From positions 5,706,001-5,770,000 of the forward strand of contig CM075996.1 of NCBI GenBank assembly GCA_038087875.1: DNA of 64,000 nt, in the 5' to 3' direction. Positions 12,496-24,246 of this stretch are shown here, one piece after another. A program made the translations under genes and the position numbers. This DNA comes from Malacoraja senta (Eukaryota). Below the pieces are notes generated by a model. It had not been told where the DNA came from and made no database searches. It was given only the letters and a program-made list of their open reading frames with translations. Position 1 is the stretch's first letter, and every line of letters starts with the position of its first letter.

Positions 12496-12943
12496 CTTCT
12501 TCCTTCTTAAGCCCTTTGCTCCTCTAGGAGCAGAGGCCATTGACAAATGTCCTCCACCTCACTCGATTATTGGCAGTTCTTTTGAGATCTCCCCAGTTGA
12601 GCCCACTCTCAGACATTTCTGTCTGGACACCTCTTCTCCAGCTGTTCCTGGGGCGACCTCTTTTCATTTTTCCGTGGGGGTTCCGTTTTAGGGCTTGCCG
12701 GGTGATGTTTGTGGCAGGTGTCCTGAGGTAGTGTCCAATTCAACTCCATTTTCTCCTTCGAATTTGTAAGTCAATGGGCTCCTGGCTTGTTCTTTTCCAC
12801 AGGTCCACATTGCTTACTTTGTCTCTCCACCAGATGTTGAGAATTCTCCTAAGGCAGGTGTTAATGAATGTTTTCAGCCTGTTTGTGGTGTGTTTTGTTG
12901 TTTTCCATGTCTCTGATCCATACAGCATCACCTGTTTCACATT
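12496..12943 (-). mobile_element. RTE-clade LINE, 3' part
   Basis: Translation KQVMLYGSETW...CLRRILNIWW...RRRKW, followed by RGRPRNSWRR and a GAA-rich tail. Confidence 0.85.
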
Positions 12944-13325
12944 CAGGGCTGCCAAGTCTCACGCTTTCAGCATGAGTATCACGCCTTGGAGCAAATTCTC
13001 ACGCCCTCAAGCTCATGACCGAGTTCTCACGCTAAGTTCAGTCCCTGCACAGTTTGTCCCTTTGCGCCGCGTGCCAGGGATCTGCACGGTCTGGGGAAGC
13101 GCGTCGGTTGCCGGCTGTGAGTGACGTCGGGTCTCTGCTCTCTTGCATGTTGGATGTGCAGCCGCCGGGTTCAGCAGCTCTATGTGCCGGCTGTGAGCGC
13201 TGCGCTGCCGGCCGCCGCTGAGCCTCGCTCCCTCCCTCCCTCCCTCCTGCCCTTCAACTCACAAGGCAGCGCCAGCACCGCCAATCCACGCTACACTGTG
13301 CCCGCCAGACTCCCCATTGGGCGGC

Positions 13326-13730
13326 CGGGGAGAGAGAGGGAGGGGGGGAAAGAGAGAGAGAGAGAGAGAGGGGGAAAGAAAAAAAGGGAGGGATGGAGGC
13401 AAAGAGAGATAGGGGAGGGAATGTAGAAAGGGGATGAAGGAAGGAAAGGCGAAAGAGGGAGGGGGAGCAAAGAGGGAAGGATGAGGGCAGGAGGGAGGAA
13501 GGGGGGATGGAGGGAGGGGGAAGAAAAGGTGTGTGTGTGTGCTTGCGTGTCTGTCTCCCTCCCTGTGTGTGTCTCCTTGTGTGTGTGTCTCCCTGTGTGT
13601 GTGTGCGTGTCTGTGTGTCTCCCTGTGTGTATATGTGTGTCTCTGTGTGTCTCCCCGTGTGTGTGTCTGTCTGTCTCCCTGTGTGTGTGTGTGTGTCTTC
13701 CTTTGTGTATGTGTCTCCCAGTGTGTCTGT
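13326..13730. repeat. GA-rich low-complexity tract followed by (GT)n/GTCTCCCT microsatellite
   Basis: Direct reading; explains the C/V-rich and T/H-rich spurious ORFs here. Confidence 0.9.
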
Positions 13731-14876
13731 TGTCACATCCTGGCCTTAGACAGGGCTGCCAACTCTCACGCTTTGAGCATGAGAGTCACGCATTTCAGCC
13801 AATGCTCACGCTCATGACAGAATTCTCACGCTGTCTTCAGTCCCTGCACAGTTTGTCTCTTTTGCGCCACATCACAGCGATCTGTGCAGTCTGGGGAAGC
13901 GCGTCAGTTGGCGGCTGTGAGTGACGTCGCATCTCTTCTCTTCTCTTCTTTCTTGGTTGGATGTGCAGCCGCCGACAACATGAAGCAGCCGGAGATAGAA
14001 CTAACCAGGTGAATTGGTTGTAAAACATGGGGAGGCCAAACATCTAGGACAGGGTTCGGCAACCTACGGCACACGGGCCGAATCCGGCGCGTAACCCGAA
14101 AAACTGAGGGGGTTTTTCCAATTCGTTTTCACGGGGTCGGGGCAGGCAAGCCAACCTGAGAACTGCAGCCAGTCCCTGGGACGCGAGCTGATCTGGGAAC
14201 GGCAGCCAGTCCCTGGGCATGCAGAATGCCAACTTGATCATTATGAACAAATTGGGCCAGCCATGTGCATGTTGTATAACTCTGACTCTATGCAGATCTG
14301 AATGGGCTTAGAATGACCATTTAAGCAAAATTGCCCTCATTTTCCCCATTTTGATTCTTGAGATTAATATCCCTTTGCTCTGTTAACAGCGTTAAAGTAC
14401 TTATGAGGTAGCATCAGGAAAGGGAACGTTATTTTCTTTTACTTTGCTTTAATTTGTTAGTTGATTTTTTGTTGACTGCCATAATTTCTGAAATGGTCTT
14501 AATGTAACTTAACTGTTATAAAGCAGTAATAAGTGATTTTTGTCCAAACAATTGGAACTTGCATAAAATGTTTGCATTATTAGCAGGGCTGCCAACTCTC
14601 ACGCATTGAGCGTGAGACTCACGCATTTCACAAAACTCTCATGCTCTCACGCTGATCACAAAATTATATAATGAGAATAGGACCTGTTTTGCTTAACAAA
14701 TAGTGTAGGAAGGAATTGCAGATGCTGGTTTAAACTGAAGATAGACACTAAAAACTAGAAAAACTCAGCAGGACAGGCAGAATCTCTGGAGAGAAAGAAT
14801 GGGTGATGTTTCGAGTCGAGACCTTCAGCCTGAAGAGGTTGAAAACCAGCCATAAAACACAATGACTGGACATGTG

Positions 14877-15582
14877 TGATAAAGCTGAATTATGTTAAAA
14901 ATATAAGAAAAGCTTACAGCTTATATTTAGTCTCAAATCAGGCTTTTCTCCAGTAGAATAATACAGAAAGGCAAGTTAAGTTGCCTCAGGTTTCGGGGTA
15001 TTGAGATAATGAATACTATAACATTTGCCTCCCAAGTGACGAGAGAGGAAGCAGAGAAGAAGCTATGATAAGCTATGATATGTAAAATGCCTTGTACCAA
15101 ATGTCCGATGTTTCTGAGGGAGGAGGTGATGAGAGAGGAACCAGGGAAGTGGAAAGATAAGATGCCATAAACCAAATGGCCTATGTTTATGAGGGACCAA
15201 GTGACAGAGAGGAAGCAGCGAAAGAGCTAGGGTGATCTCTTTGAAGATAAAATGACCTAAAACAAATGGCCAATGTTTTTAGTATATCTTGTACCATGTA
15301 AACAAAAGGCCTTTGATGTGATGCATTCTGTGGAAACCTTTTCCTGTACCTCTGATCATGACTAATGTCTGTGGAATGTGCTAAGGGGACAAAAAAAAAC
15401 TATTTAAGACAATGTAATTCTGTTGTTCGTAGAAGGGGACCGAGGACAGTCGAGTGTCTACATTGGTCACAGCTGGAATTCTCGCTCCCTTCCATCGGCC
15501 GATGTTAAGTAAAGTTTTGAACTGGTCTACCAAACAGTTTGTGTGGTGTCTGTTTATTAAGAAGCGAACCTTAACTTTTTCA
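14877..15582 (+). repeat. ERV 5' LTR (706 bp)
   Basis: Near-identical to 19580-20302; starts TGATAAAG and ends TTTTTCA. Confidence 0.93.
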
Positions 15583-15583
15583 T

Positions 15584-15600
15584 TGGCGTAGTTATGCAGG
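15584..15600 (+). promoter_or_regulatory. Primer-binding site, tRNA-Ser-like (TGGCGTAGTTATGCAGG)
   Basis: Begins one base after the LTR-terminal CA; resembles the complement of the tRNA-Ser 3' end (TGGCGTAGTCGGCAGG). Confidence 0.65.
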
Positions 15601-16409
15601 CCTCGCTGGGACCACATCAACGGCTGACTGTGCAAGAGGTTGCAGAGGTTGCCGGGATTGGAAGGGAGATAACTGAGCTCTATCGGCCCCCTTGTAAGAC
15701 CGACTCCCTAGAAACTCCCGGGAACGTCTGTGATCCTTCATCAGAGGTTGATCCAGGTTCCCTGCCGAGGTTCTTAGAAACAGACCAAGGTAAGACCAGT
15801 TGGGCTTTATAGGTTTTTTTTTAAGAAGGGATTGTGTATGTATTTTTAAGACAGAATTGTGCATATATTTTTAAGAAGGGCTTGTGTATATTGTTAAGAA
15901 GGACGTGAGTGGTTTCTCTTTCTCTCTCTCTCTGTCTATCTCTCTTTGTTTTCTTTTTTTTCTTCTCTCTCTCTCTCTCTACTAAGGGCTCATCGGCCTC
16001 GTTGAGATATCCGTGATTTGTCGGGTTGAGATACGGGGGTTGAGGTGTGCGTCTGGCTTATTGAGACATCCGAAGAGTTGTCGGATTGAGAAATAAGTGG
16101 CGTTGTATATTAAAGAGTAAGAAGTCTGCCAGGTTGAGAAACGGGGGTCCCGGTTAGCGGGTCTGCTTCGTTGAGACACCTGGGGCTTATTTTAGGTCTG
16201 CCAGGTTGAGAAACGGGGGTCTCGGTTAGCGAGTCGGCCTCGTTGAGACACTTGGGTCGTATATCAAAGAGGTAAAAAAAAATAAAAAAAATAAAGTCAG
16301 CCAAATTGAGAAACTGGGGTCTCGAGTAGCGAGTCGGCCTGGTTGATATATTTGGAACGATTCGGAATTAAGAAGTCTGCTTTCTCTATCTCTTTCTCTC
16401 TATCTATCT

Positions 16410-17354
16410 ATGGGGAATGCTCTGGATAACAGTGAGGGGGGAACCCCCGTCCAACATATGTGTTATTTGAATCCTAAGTATAATAAGAAATTTAGAATGT
16501 TAAGTTACAAGTTGACCAAACGGTTGGGGGATGAAGCCGCGCCAGTAGGGGGCACATGGAATGTTGAGACAATTAAAAAAGCAGAGATGTTGATATGGGA
16601 AAGGAAGGCAGGAAAGAAATGGAAGAAGGGAATTAAAACGTGGAAAGCAGAAGCAGAGAAGAAGCATGAGGAGAGTAGAGATCGAAGTTGGATGGATACT
16701 GCATGTAAACAAGGGATAGAGTTACGAAATAAGGATGGCACTATGAAAGGATGGAAAGTATTGCAACTAGAATGCCAGTGGGCGGAGGAACAAGAGAAAA
16801 TAATTAAGAGACAGGCAGGAGGTGAGAAACAGGTGATGGTTAGTAAAAATAAACCCAGTACTGGTAAATCCTCTGGAGGAGACTTCATGTCTGGCACGAC
16901 GACCCTGTTTGGTAGTGAAGATGAGGAGTTAGATAATCTTGGGAGATGTCCACCTCCCTACGTCCTACCAGTAGCAATGGCATCCTTACCTGTGGCAGCT
17001 CCGTCAGTAATATCCCTATACCTTGAAGTTCTGACCTTACAAAGCTCCCCAGGATTGGGAGCACGGGAATGCCTTTCTGTGCGTTATTTGCTTAAGGCAT
17101 TGATGATACCAGAACACCTGACCATTATTAAATGTGCTGCACACACTGGTGCTGGGGACCCTATAACCAAAGGCAATGCATTTGCCGATAGTGTAGCCAA
17201 ACAAGCAGCCTATGCATACAAATGCTTAGTGACAGCAGCTAAACAGATGCTAGCAAATAGAACGGTCCTGCCAAACATGAGGGAGGTATGTACATTACAG
17301 AGGGACACTTCATATATAAAAACAACTATGGAAACAAGAGGGCTGTGCCATTGA
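16410..17354 (+). CDS. ERV Gag N-terminus fused in frame to the RNase H C-terminus (314 aa)
   Basis: Starts MG (myristoylation-type), has a PPPY late domain, then IIKCAAHT...GNAFADSVAKQAA (retroviral RNase H end). Confidence 0.75.
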   Translation: MGNALDNSEGGTPVQHMCYLNPKYNKKFRMLSYKLTKRLGDEAAPVGGTWNVETIKKAEMLIWERKAGKKWKKGIKTWKAEAEKKHEESRDRSWMDTACKQGIELRNKDGTMKGWKVLQLECQWAEEQEKIIKRQAGGEKQVMVSKNKPSTGKSSGGDFMSGTTTLFGSEDEELDNLGRCPPPYVLPVAMASLPVAAPSVISLYLEVLTLQSSPGLGARECLSVRYLLKALMIPEHLTIIKCAAHTGAGDPITKGNAFADSVAKQAAYAYKCLVTAAKQMLANRTVLPNMREVCTLQRDTSYIKTTMETRGLCH

Positions 17355-17419
17355 TTCGGCTCACCCCGCTTGGACAAGTTGGTGTATACGATGCATTTTT
17401 CCCCGTCTGACTAACATAT

Positions 17420-17949
17420 ATTCATTCTCTTACCCATGCTGGTAAGGAGGGAATGATAAGGATGACAAAGGAAACGTGGTGGCACCTGAAAATCCGGCAA
17501 GAGGCACTGAAGCAGGCCTCTGAATGTAAAATTTGCCAACGAAGTAATCCAGGCAAACCAATTAAGATACCCTCAGGGGTGACGCCAATGCCATCACGAC
17601 CGTTTGAATGCATACTGTTTGAATGCCAAGGGCCCGGTGTTATAAATATTGCTTAGTGATTTTAGATTTATTTAGCAGGTGGATTGAAGCTCTACCAACC
17701 ACTAATAATACTGCTGAGACTACAGTAACATTGTTGTTAAGGGAAGTTATTCCCAGGTTTGGCCTACCTACTGTCATAAGCTCGGACAATGGTCCCCATT
17801 TTATTGCCACTATTAATAAGGAAATATGTACACATTTTTATATCCGACAGCAATTTCACTGTGTACATCACCCACAGGCATCTGGGATGGTGGAAAGAGC
17901 CTATGGGGCATTGCAAAACAAAATTACCCCGGGGGAATCCTTTTTCTGA
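17420..17949 (+). pseudogene. ERV integrase remnant (frameshifted, truncated)
   Basis: Zn-finger part (H..G...CKIC) and core DLFSRWIEA...SSDNGPHF...PQASGMVER lie in different frames. Confidence 0.88.
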
Positions 17950-19579
17950 CAAGCAACTATGTTATAAAAATTGGGGATGAAGGAAAATTCGGTGGAGAAA
18001 TGAGTATAGGGTAGGGAGACTGAAAAGTCACGGGGAGTCTGACTAATCATGATCTGGATCAAAGTCCAATTAGGGTTAGGTAACCAGGATTCTGGTAAAC
18101 AGAAGTCTTGTCAGAAAAAGGGAAAGTAAATTACAAAGAGACGTCTTTGAAGATGAAATATTATATACTGCTGGTAAAACAAATTTTTTTGTGTATGTAC
18201 TGCTTGTAAAACAATGTTTTTTGTATGTGGAATGTGTGAAATTTGAAGCAATGAGCAGAGGTGTGTGTCCCTTTAAGAACAGTTTGTCCTTTAAAATGCA
18301 AATGAACAGGCAGGTTATGGTGTGTTCCTTTAAGACACTGCCATGAATGGGGGGTGGAGCTATACTCAAATGATAAAATGTGTTGGATGTTATAAATCTT
18401 TTGAGCCGAGTTCAAAAAGAGACTCATCCCAATTAAAGTGTTAAATGAGATTGGAAATGTCAAAATTACAGAGAAAAAGAAAATGTATTATTGATTACTG
18501 ATTCTGAGTGAGTTCTTTTGGGAAAGATTTTATTGATGTGATAACAGAGGTTGTGCTTTAAAATGCAAATGAAGCAAGATTACGGTCTGCAGACGAACAA
18601 AGGTGTTGAAGCATGTGCTGTGTAAGGGAAATGAATGTACATGTAAAATTGTCTTATGGCTTACAAAATGGGGTTTGAGGGAACTCATAATGAGGGATAA
18701 AAGGTGAGAAGATAAGTAGATTGGGGAAGAGAACATATTTGGAGAATTTAATATTTACGTGGGGAGAACCTCTTCAGATATAATCGGATTAAAGAATAAG
18801 TTCACAGAGAAGTGTTTAAGAAGGAACTGCAGATGCTGGAAAATCAAAGGTAGACAAATGTGCTGGAGAAACTCAGGGGATGAGGCAGCATCTATGGAGC
18901 GAAGGAAATAGGCATCATTTTGGGCCGAAGCCCTTCTTCAGAGTAGATTGGGGCCATTCAACTGCAGCTAGAGAAACAGGATTTACAACTTTTTTATTGA
19001 TACAGGAAAGGCTGCTGTGCCCACCCCCTGGAGAGTGGGGGGAAGCCACCTACAGGCCCTGGACAATTAACTAATTATGTATGGACAGCAATTAACCCAG
19101 GTCTTGCCAGATCTGCATTCCCAGGTTAGAGGAGCTGGGCTGAAAACCAGTGAGCACAGGGACGAGTCCATAAAGGCTACAAAATGACCATGTGCTGGGA
19201 CAAGAAGAAATTGAGATTGTGTTGAAAGGAACAACCAAGTGCTATCAACAACATAAACTGCTGTGAAGATTGAAGATCATCATCGTTGGATACATTTGAT
19301 TGACTGTGAACGGTTTGTGGAGTTATTGACCCTCCTTTTATTCTGGGGTGGCCCACATGGACTGGACTTTCTTCAGAATGGCAAACTTGCAGACTAACCC
19401 ACATTTAAAGGATGGTACACACCTCCTTTTAAACAAGATTGGAGTCAAACATGACAAGTGCAGCAAAGATACCCTGACTACAGACAGTGAGATAATTTGC
19501 CTGATGAGATGCTTATGGTCTTTCGTATGTACTCGGCAAGGACTGTAGTTATTATCAAGATTTTGATAAAAGGATGGAT

Positions 19580-20302
19580 TGATAAAGCTGAATTATGTTA
19601 AAAATATAAGAACTTACAGCTTATATTTAGTCTCAAATCAGGCTTTTCTCCAGTAGAATAATACAGAAAGGCAAGTTAAGTTGCCTCAGGTTTCGGGGTA
19701 TTGAGATAATGAATACTATAACATTTGCCTCCCAAGTGACGAGAGAGGAAGCAGAGAAGAAGCTATGATAAGCTATGATATGTAAAATGCCTTGTACCAA
19801 ATGTCCGATGTTTATGAGGGAGGAGGTGATGAGAGAGGAACCAGGGAAGTGGAAAGATAAGATGCCATAAACCAAATGGCCTATGTTTATGAGGGACCAA
19901 GTGACAGAGAGGAAGCAGCGAAAGAGCTAGGGTGATCTCTTTGAAGATAAAATGACCTAAAACAAATGGCCAATGTTTTTAGTATATCTTGTACCATGTA
20001 AACAAAAGGCCTTTGATGTGATGCATTCTGTGGAAACCTTTTCCTGTATCTCTGACCATGACTAATGTCTGTGGAATGTGCTAAGGGGACAAAAAAAAAC
20101 TATTTAAGACAATGTAATTCTGTTGTTCGTAGAAGGGGACCGAGGACAGTCGAGTGTCTACATTGGTCACTTAGCTGGAATTCTCGCTCCCTTCCATCGG
20201 CCGATGTTAAGTAAAGTTTTGAACTGGTCTACCAAACAGTTTGTGTGGTGTCTGTTTATTAAGAAGCGAACCTGTTTAGTTGTTATAAAAGTAACTTTTT
20301 CA
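19580..20302 (+). repeat. ERV 3' LTR (723 bp)
   Basis: Differs from the 5' LTR by about 3 substitutions and 3 indels (3, 2 and 18 bp), by visual comparison. Confidence 0.93.
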
Positions 20303-20604
20303 TGTGTGTTATCCAACTAAGGGCAGAAATCAGAATCATGTGTTCATCTTTATTCACATGACACCATAATAAATATATTACAGAAAAAATAATGGGTTGG
20401 CACAGTGGCACAGTGGTAGAGTTGCTGCCTGACTACCACATGGGTTTTCTCTGGATATTCCGGTTTCTCCCATATCCGAAAGAAGTGCAGGTTTGTAGGT
20501 TAATTGGCTTCTGTAAATTGTCCCTGGCGTGATGGATGGAATTGGTGTATGATAGATTGCTGGTCGGTGTGGACTTTGTGGGCGGAAGGGCCTGTTTCCA
20601 TATA

Positions 20605-22227
20605 CAGTGGCTTGCAAAAGTTTTCATACCCCTTGAACTTTTCCACATTTTGTCACGTTACAACCACAAACGTAAATGTATTTGATTGGGATTTTATGTG
20701 ATAGACCAACACAAAGTGGTGCATAATTGTGAAATGGAAGGAAAATGATACATGGTTTTCAAATGTTTTTACAAATAAAAAACTGAAAAGTGTGGCGTGC
20801 AAAAGTATTCAGCCCCCCTGAGTCAATACTTTGTAGAACCACCTTTCGCTGCAATTACAGCTGCAAGTCTTTTGGGGTATGTCTCTACCAGCTTTGCACA
20901 TCTAGAGACTGAAATTTCTGCCCATTCTTCTTTGCAAAATAACTCAAGCTCAGTCAGATTGGATGGAGAGCGTCTGTGAACAGCAATTTTCAAGTCTTGC
21001 CAGAGATTCTCAATTGGATTTAGGTCTGGACTTTGACTGGGCCATTCTAACACATGAATATGCTTTGATCTAAACCATTCCATTGTAGCTCTGGCTGTAT
21101 GTTTAGGGTCGTTGCCCTGCTGGAAGGTAAACCTCCGCCCCAGTCTCAAGTCTTTTGCAGACTCTAACAGGTTTTCTTCCAAGATTGCCCTGTATTTGGC
21201 TCCATCCATCTTCCCATCAACTCTGACCAGCTTCCCTGTCCCTGATGAAGAAAAGCATCCCCACAGCATGATGCTGCCACCACCATGTTTCAGAGTGGGG
21301 ATGGTGTGTTCAGGGTGATGTGCAGTGTTAGTTTTCCGCCACACTAGTTTTCAGCGTTTTGCATTTAGGCCAAAAACTTCAATTTTGGTCTCATCTGACA
21401 AGAGCACCTTCCTCCACATGTTTGCTGTGTCCCCCACATGGCTTGTGGCAAACTGCAAACGGGACTTCTTATGGGGTTTTTTCAACAATGGCTTTCTTCT
21501 TGTCACTCTTCCATAAAGGCCCGATTTGTGGAGTGCACGACTAATAGTTGTCCTGTGGACAGATTCTCCCACCTGAGCTGTGGATCTCTGCAGCTCCTCC
21601 AGAGTTACCATGGGCCTCTTTGCTGCTTCTCTGATCAATGCTCTCCTTGCCCGGCCTGTCACTTTAGGTGGACGGCCATGTCTTGGTAGGTTTGCAGTTG
21701 TGCCATACTCTTTCCATTTTCGGATGATGGATTGAACAGTGCTCTGTGAGATGTTCAAAGCTTGGGATATTTTTTTATAACCTTACCCTGCTTTAAACTT
21801 CTCCACAATTTTATCCCTGACCTGTCTGGTGTGTTCCTTGGGCTTCATGATGCTGTTTGTTCACTAATGTTCTCTAACAAACCTCTGAGGCCTTCACAGA
21901 ACAGCTGTATTTATACTGAGATTAGATTACACACAAGTGGACTCTATTTACTAATTAGGTGACTTCTGAATGCAATTGGTTGCACTGGATTTTATTTAGG
22001 GGTATCAGAGTAAAGGGGGCTGAATACTTTTGCACGCCACACTTTTCAGTTTTTTATTTGTAAAAAAAATTGAAAACCATGTATCATTTTCCTTCCACTT
22101 CACAATTATGCACCACTTTGTGTTGGTCTATCACATAAAATCCCAATAAAATACAATTACGTTTGTGGTTGTAACGTGACAAAATGTGGAAAAGTTCAAG
22201 GGGTATGAATACTTTTGCAAGCCACTG
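20605..22227 (-). mobile_element. Tc1-like DNA transposon (Passport/PPTN-like), full length 1623 bp
   Basis: About 213-bp TIRs (CAGTGGCTTGCAAAAG...) with inner and outer direct repeats; TA TSD at 20603-20604 and 22228-22229. Confidence 0.95.
20823..21848 (-). pseudogene. Tc1 DD34E transposase, inactivated
   Basis: MKPKEHTRQVRDK...GRPPK...SDETK...QQGNDPKH...SPDLNPIE. Premature stops near codon 22 and after FGLNAKR; the second catalytic Asp reads Gly. Confidence 0.92.
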
Positions 22228-22860
22228 TATATTTTTACATATATATCTTAATTTCATTGAACCATATATGATTGAATATGTGGCATTATTTTTGTCTTGT
22301 TTCTATATTCAAAGGGTAAGGTTGAAACCGTCTGAAGAAGGGTTTCGGCCCGAAACGATGCCTATTTCCTTCTCTCCGTAGATGCTGCCGCACCCGCTGA
22401 GTTTCTCCAGGAATTTTGTCTCCAGCATCTGTAATTCCTTCTTGAACAAGGTTGATTGATTTATTTGTGCAGAACAGTGATGGAAGTCCGACTTTTGCTT
22501 TGTTTCTCTGAGTTTTTCATCTATATATATACATAACAGCATGAATATAATCTGATTTCCATATATGAATACAGTCATCCATGTGCTGCACCTGTTGATC
22601 AGAGCCTGGCTCTATTGTGGAATGTAATTAGGAATGTAATTTAGCCTAACCTTATTCATACCTAATCCAATTTAAAGCATAAATGTTGCAATCAAATGAA
22701 AGTTAAAAGACTCGCTACAGTATGCACCAGATTGCACAATTTCAAGCTGAAAAATGCAAAAGCTCCCTACTGTGGGAGGGGGAACCCCCCCCCCTCCCCC
22801 GGTCGCTACACTCCCTCGCAATTTCTCACTCTCAACTCTCACCCAATGTTGGCAGCCCTG

Positions 22861-23095
22861 CACATTTGAGTTAAAGATGCGTATTTTGATGTTGATTGAG
22901 ATGAGTTTTGAGCTCCAGATCTTCATGAGCATGTTAAACACCACCCTAGCCTTATTGATTCTACTTTTTATGTCTGCCTCTGTCCCTCCAGTGATGTCCA
23001 CAACACTGCCTAGGTATGTGAATGTTTCCTCTAGAGCAGCGCTGTGCATAAGGATAGGGTTGCTGGTTTTGGAGTGGATCCTCAACACCTGTGTC
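22861..23095 (-). mobile_element. RTE-clade LINE, upstream part of the same copy
   Basis: FTYLGSVV...DIKSRINKARVVF...KIRIFNSNV; continues in frame into the 12943 fragment once the insert and one TSD copy are removed. Confidence 0.85.
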
Positions 23096-24146
23096 TTTAA
23101 TAAATATGCTTCAACCCAAAATTAATTTTAATGCTAAAATAAGTGATTAATCTGCTGCTTTCAACTCTTTTTTGTTTGATGTTATTTGCTTTCTATCTAC
23201 TACTTTCTATAATGATCCAATACTCTTGACAACTGATTTTCCTAATAATATGTATTACATTTTTGTTTAAGGTTCTGAAATCTTAAGGACAACAATATTA
23301 ATTCATGACGATCATCTGATCTTTTGGACTGGTATACAATGTCAATTCTTTCCAATGCTGTCTCTTTCTTTGTTTACTTTAGTGTTTGTGTATGTATAAA
23401 GCAGGTTGCTATGCTTCGTAAGATTAAAACATTATGTGACGTTCTTTTTGTTTCCAGTAATAAAAAGGTACGGAAACTGGTGGTCTGTTTCTCGGTATGT
23501 GCCAATTATATAAGGAGGTATTGGCTGTGTACAAAACTTGTGAGCAGCAAAGGTTTCAGTGGGTGGAGTGTCCTTGTAGTTGATTGGTGCAGCAAGGGGT
23601 GGGGGAGAGGGTGGAGATGGAGAGGTTGCAACTGATTGGCTTGATGCTAGGAGTGGAGATGTAGCGTCTGCAACTGACTGGAAAGTGAAAATGTCCCAAT
23701 TGATCTAAAGCCAGAACTCTGAGGAATGAAGGGACGGCTAAATTAGAAACTTGAAAAGTCAGATCTGTAATTCGCTTTTCACTTTAACCCTTTTGTTACT
23801 CATACTGAAATTTTCCATAATCAGAACATTATCAAAATCAATGAAATTGAGCAAGTTACAATTATAGCATTTTATTTTTCTTCCATCTTTAAACACCCCA
23901 AACATTATTCTCAAGGTTAAAATAAAAAAGCTCAAAAAAACTCAGTAAATCCAGTTGATTTTTTTTCCAGCATTTTCTGATTTCATATTTCAAATTTCTA
24001 GCATCTACAGCTTTTTCTGGATTTTCTCAAGGTCATGAGCCATTGGAAAGAAAATAACAAGAAGTAGAAGCAGGAGAGGTAATTCGTCACCTTGTGCCTC
24101 TTCGGTCATTCAATAAATATCATGATTGATCTTCTAACTCAGCGCA

Positions 24147-24246
24147 GGTAGACAAAAATGCTGGAGAAACTCAGCGGGTGCGGCAGCATCTATGGAGCGA
24201 AGGAAATAGGCAATGTTTCGGGCCGAAATCCTTCTTCAGACTGATT
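24147..24246 (-). mobile_element. 100-bp Penelope-derived mini-element, 9-bp TSD
   Basis: CTCAGCGCA at 24138-24146 and 24247-24255. Confidence 0.8.

Larger units (their letters stand above)
14877..20302 (+). mobile_element. Endogenous retrovirus (class I, gamma/epsilon-like), internally deleted, with two LTRs
   Basis: TG...CA LTRs at 14877-15582 and 19580-20302, 4-bp TSD TGTG, PBS at 15584, purine tract before the 3' LTR, and gag, RNase H and integrase remnants. Confidence 0.92.
12944..22860. mobile_element. Non-autonomous TIR DNA transposon (CAGGGCTGCCAA termini, 6-bp TSD CACATT), possibly hAT-related, with nested ERV, Tc1 and SINEs
   Basis: 12-bp perfect TIRs at 12944-12955 and 22849-22860. 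CACATT at 12938-12943 and 22861-22866. It interrupts a colinear RTE reading frame. Confidence 0.8.

Noticed and set aside
13254..13924. Cys/Val-rich and Thr/His-rich ORFs
   Set aside because: Translations of a (GT)n-type microsatellite.
14933..15175. Duplicated 80-aa gene (also 19633-19875)
   Set aside because: Antisense ORF inside the two ERV LTRs; no protein features.
17950..19560. env gene of the ERV
   Set aside because: No long ORF, furin site, or fusion/TM segment is visible; AT-rich decayed sequence with a Penelope mini-element insertion.
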